Shown one piece after another: positions 55,589-64,000 of a stretch of DNA of 64,000 nt; position 1 is the stretch's first letter; the number at the start of each line of letters is the position of its first letter. Source of the DNA: the human T2T-CHM13v2.0 reference genome, Homo sapiens. The position numbers and the translations under genes are program-made. The stretch lies in assembly GCF_009914755.1 (NCBI RefSeq), contig NC_060937.1, one strand, 5' to 3'. The notes beneath the pieces were generated by a model, which saw only the letters and a list, made by a program, of their open reading frames with translations, ran no database searches and was not told the origin of the DNA.

Positions 55589-57550
55589 ATAGATTTTATG
55601 TGAATATATTTCTTTTTCTAGCATAGGCCACAAGCACTCCAAATGTCCACTTGCAGATTCTACAAAAAGATTTTTTCCAAACAGCTCAATCAAAGAAAGA
55701 TCCAACTCTGTGAGATGAATGCACACATCACAAAGAAGTTTCTCAGATGGCTTCTGTCCAGATTTTATGTCCAGATATTTCCAGTTCTACCACAGGCTTC
55801 AAATCACTCCAAATGTCCACTTGTAGATTCTACAAAAAGAGTGCTTTCAAACTGCATAATCAAAGGAAAGCTTCAGCTCTGTGAGATGAATGCATACCTC
55901 ACAAAGAAGTTTTACAAAATTCTTCTGTCTGGTTTTTATGTGAAGATGCTTCCTCCTCCGCCATAGGCCTCAAGCACTACAAATGTCCACTTGCAGATTC
56001 TACAAAAAGAGAGCTTCAAAACTGCTCAATCAAAAGAAATGTTTAACTCTGTGAGATGAATGCACGCATCACAAAGAAGTTTCTCAGATTTCTTCTGTCT
56101 ATATTTTATGTGAAGATAATTCCTTTTTGACCATAGGCTGCAAAGCTCTCCAAATGTCCACTTTCAGATTCTGAAAAAAGAGTGTTTCCAAACTGTTCAA
56201 TCAAAAGAAATGTTCAACTCTGTGAGATGAATACACACATCACAAATAAGTTTTTCAGAATTCTTCTGTCTAGTTTTTATGTGAAGATACTTTCTTTTCC
56301 ACCGTAGGCCTCAAAGCACTACAAGTGTCCACTTGCAGATTCTACAAAAAGACTGTTCCAAAACTGCTCAAACTAAAGAAAGGTTTAACTCTGTGAGATG
56401 AATGCACACATCACAAAGAAGTTTCTCAGATTGCTTCTTGTAGATTACATGTGAAGTTAATTCCTTTTCACCATAGGCCACAAAGCACTCAAAAAGTCCA
56501 CTTGCAGATAATACAAGAGAGTTTCAAAACTGCTCAATCAAAAGAAAGGTTTAACTCTGTGAGATGAATGCACACATCACAAAGAAATTTCCAAGATTGC
56601 TTCTGTCTATATTTTATGTGAAGATATTTCCTTTTCTATCATAGGCCTCAAAGTGCTCCAAATGTCCACTTGCAGATTCTACAAAAAGAGGGTTTCCACA
56701 CTGCTAAATTAAAAGTAAGGTTCAACTCTGTGAGATGAGTGCACACATTACAAAGAAGTTTCTCAGAATGCTTCTTTCTCTTTATTATACGAAGATATTT
56801 CGTTATCCACCACAGGCCTCAAAGACCTCCAAATGTCCACTTGCAGATTCTACAAAGAGAGTGTTTCAAAACTGCTCAATCAAAAGTAACGTTCAACTCT
56901 GTGAGATGAATGCACACATCACAAAGGTGTTTGTCAGAATGTGTCTGTCTAGATTTTATGTGAAGATATTTCCTTTTCTACCATAAGACTCAAAGCACTA
57001 GAAATGTCCACTTGCAGACTCCAGTAAAAGAGGTTTTCAAACCTGCTCAATCAAAATAAATGTTCAACTCTCTGAGATGAATGCACACATCACAAAGAAG
57101 TTTGTCAGAATGCTTCTGTGTAGTTCTTATGTGACGATATTTCCTTTTCCACCAAAGGCGTCAAAGCACTCCAAATGTCCAATCACAGATTTTACCAAAA
57201 GGGGGCTTCAAAACTGCTAAATCAAAAGTAAGGTTCAACTCTGTAGGATGAATGCACATATCACAAAGAAGGTTGTCAGAATGCTTCTGTCTAGTGTTTA
57301 TGCGAAGATATTTCCTTTTTACCATAGGCCTAAAAGTGCGCAAAATATCCACTTGCAGATTTTACAAAAAGAGTTCTTCCAAACTGCTAAATCAAAAGAA
57401 AGGTTCAACTCTGTGGGATGAATGCACACATCACAAAGAAGTTTCTTAGAATGCTTCTGTCTAGTTATTATATGAATATATTTTGTTATCCACCATAGGC
57501 CTCAAAGCTCTCCAAATGTCCACTTGCAGATTCTACAAAGAGAGTGTTCT
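55589..57550 (-). repeat. Alpha satellite, class-2-like (reverse orientation), ~11.5 monomers; 5' flank of L1 copy 2
   Basis: Starts at TAGATTTTATGTGAA directly after forward ...GTGCATTCATC and runs to TTCTACAAAGAGAGTGTTCT before the L1. Confidence 0.94.
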
Positions 57551-58457
57551 GGGAGAGGAACCAAGATGGCTGAATAGGAACAGCTCCGGACTACAGCACC
57601 CTGTGTGAGCAACGCAGAAGACGGGTGATTTCTGCATTTCCATCTGAGGTAACGGGTTCATCTCACTAGTGAGTGCCAGACAGTGGGAGCAGGTCAGTGG
57701 GTGCGCGCACCGTGCAGGAGCCAAAGCAGGGTGAGGCATTGCCTCACTCGGGAAGGACTAGGGGTCAGGGAGTTCCCTTTCCTAGTCAAAGAAATGGGTG
57801 ACATACGGCACCGAGAATTCAGGTCACTCCCACCCGAATACTGCGCTTTTCCCATGGGCTTAAAAAATGCCACACGAAGAGATTATATCCCGCACCTGGC
57901 TTGGAGGGTCCTACGCCTACGGAGTCTCACTGATTGCTAGCACAGCTGTCTGAGATCAAACTGCAAGGAGGCAGTGAGGCTAGGGGAGGGGCGCCCGCCA
58001 TTGCCCAGGCTTGCTAAGGTAAACAAAGCAGCTGGGAAGCTCGAAATGGGTGGAGCCCACCTCAGCTCAAGGAGGCCTGCCTGCCTCTGTAGGCTCCACC
58101 TCTGGGGGCAGGACACAGACAAACAAAAAGTCAGCAGTAACCTCTGCAGACGTAAATGTCCCTGTCTGACAGCTTTGAAGAGAGCAGTGGTTCTCCCAGC
58201 ACGCAGCTGGAGATCTAAGCATGGGCAGACTGTCTCCTCAACTGGGGCCCTGACCCCTGACCCCTGAGCAGCCTAACTGGGAGGCACCCACCCAGCAGGG
58301 GCAGACTGACACCTCACATGGCCAGGTACTTCAACAGACGTGCAGCTGAGGGTCCTGTTTGTTAGAAGGAAAACTAACAAACAGAAAGGACATCCACAGC
58401 AAAAACCCATCAGTACCTCACCATCATCAAAGACCAAAAGTAGATAAAACCACAAAG
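57551..58457 (+). promoter_or_regulatory. L1 5'UTR internal promoter region with YY1-like site (CAAGATGGC, 57562-57570); CpG-depleted
   Basis: Position and sequence match the known L1 5'UTR. Many CG>TG/CA changes. Activity cannot be inferred from sequence. Confidence 0.7.
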
Positions 58458-59474
58458 ATGGGGAAAAAACAGAGCAGAAAAACTGGAAACTCTAAAAAGC
58501 AGAGCGCCTCTCCTCCTCCAAAGGAATGCAGTTCCTCACCAGCAATGGAACAAAGCTGGATGGAGAATGACTTTGACTAGCTGAGAGAAGAAGGCTTCAG
58601 ATGATTAAATTACTCTGAGCTACAGGAGGACATTCAAACCAAAGACAAAGAAGTTGAAAACGTTGAAAAAAATTTAGAAGGTTGTATAACTAGAATAACC
58701 AACACAGAGAAGTGCTTAAAGGAGCTGATGGAGCTGAAAGCCAAGGCTCGAGAAGTACATGAAGAATGCAGAAGGCTTAGGAGCTGATGTGATCAACTGG
58801 AAGAAAGGGTATCAGCAATGGAAGATGAAGTGGATGAAATGAAGCAAGAAAGGAAATTTAGAGAAAAAAGAATAAAAAGAAATGAACAAAGCCTCCAAGA
58901 AATATGGGACTATGTGAAAAGACCAAATCTATGTCTGATTGGTGTACCTGAAAGGGATGGGGAGAATGGAACCAAGTTGGAAAACACTCTGCAGGATATT
59001 ATCCAGGAGAACTTCCCCAATCTAGCAAGGCAGGCCAACATTCAGATTCAGAAAATACAGAGAATGCCACAAAGATACTCCTCGAGAAGAGCAACTCCAA
59101 GACACATAATTGTCAGATTCACCAAAGTTGAAATGAAGGAAAAAATGTTAAGGGCAGCCAAAGAGAAAGGTCGGGTTACCCTCAAAGGGAAGCCCATTAG
59201 ACTAAGAGCAGATCCCTCAGCAGAAACTCAATAAGCCAGAAGAGAGTGGGGGCCAATATTCAACATTCTTAAAGAAAAGAATTTTCAACCCAGAATTTCA
59301 TATCCAGACAAACTAAGCTTCATAAGCAAAGGAAAAATAAAATACTTTACAGACAAGCAAATGCTGAGAGATTTTGTCACCACCAGGCCTGCCCTAAGAG
59401 AGCTCCTGAAGGAAGCACTAAATATGGAGAGGAACAACCGATACCAGCCACGGCAAAATCATGCCAAATTGTAA
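58458..59474 (+). pseudogene. L1 ORF1p, disrupted
   Basis: ATGGGGAAAAAACAG (MGKKQSRKTGNSK) to TAA at 59474 is 1017 nt, the canonical 338 codons plus stop. Premature TAG at 58578-58580 and further stops. Confidence 0.95.
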
Positions 59475-59537
59475 AGACCATCATGACTAGGAAGAACCTG
59501 CACCAACTAACAAGCAAAATAACCAGCTAACATCATA

Positions 59538-63355
<3,818 letters not shown>

Positions 63356-63590
63356 GCAATGAGAACACATGGACACAGGAAGGGGAACATCACACTCTGG
63401 GGACGGATGTGGGGTAGGGGGAGGGGGGAGGGATAGCATTAGGAGATATACCTAATGCTAAATGACGAGTCAATGGGCTCAGCACACCAACATGGCACAT
63501 GTACACATATGTAACAAACCTGCACAATGTGCACATGTACCCTAAAACTTAAAGTATCATAATAATACAATAAAATAAATTAAAACAAAA

Positions 63591-64000
63591 ACTATACAGC
63601 AGTACTCTGAGAAACTTCCTTGCAATGTGTACACTGAACTCTCGCAGTTGAACATATCTTTGGATTGAACGGGTTTGAAAATATCTTTTTGTAGAACCTG
63701 GAAGTGGATATATGGAGCCCTTTGCGGCCTACAGTGTAAAAGGAAATATCTTCACAAAAAAACTACACAGAAGCATTCTGAGAAACTTCTTTGTGAAGGG
63801 TGCATTCATCTCACAGACTTCAACCTTTCTTTTGATTGACCAGTTTAGAAACTTTTTTTGTAGAATGTGCAAGTGGATATTTGGAACGCTTTGGGGACTA
63901 TTGTGGAAAAGGAAATATCTTTACATAAAAACTACACAGAAGCATTCTGAGAAGTTTCTTTGTGATGTGTGCATTCATCTTACAAAGTTGAAACTTTCTT
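63591..64000 (+). repeat. Alpha satellite, class 1 (forward orientation)
   Basis: ACTATACAGCAGTACTCTGAGAAAC..., AAAACTACACAGAAGCATTCTGAG, GTGGATATTTGG. Confidence 0.93.

Noticed and set aside
29766-57550. A single inversion between the two L1s explaining all strand switches
   Set aside because: Both 5' flanks are paralogous, so flipping the interval restores neither TSDs nor satellite collinearity.
63399-63433. G-rich potential G-quadruplex
   Set aside because: It is the standard L1 3'UTR polypurine tract, not a novel element.

Overview
Primate (hominoid-type) pericentromeric DNA with no credible host genes. About 52 kb is diverged ~171-bp alpha satellite. All monomers I inspected are A-box/pJalpha type and I saw no CENP-B box. 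Two sequence classes alternate in blocks: class 1 (AAAACTACACAGAAG / TGGATATT) and class 2 (CTAGACAGAAG / TGGACATT, dimeric with alternating XbaI and EcoRI sites). Two ~6-kb full-length, inactivated L1PA3-like LINE-1 elements lie in opposite orientations (23686-29765 minus, 57551-63590 plus). Satellite orientation switches three times: across each L1 and at ~55589. The main result is structural. The two L1s share the same 5' junction, ~0.85-1 kb of 5' flank and private nonsense mutations, so they are an inverted DNA-level duplication of one dead element. Yet they have different 3' ends, tails and 3' flanks and no TSDs, which suggests L1-L1 recombination chimeras at satellite inversion breakpoints. 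Other observations are a probable 43-bp 3' transduction, a near-perfect non-tandem 360-bp conversion patch, a poly(A) scar, and several recent local monomer/dimer amplifications. I found no new protein-coding system. Alpha strand '+' here means the conventional CATTCTGAGAAACTTCTTTGTGATG orientation. All alignments were done by eye.
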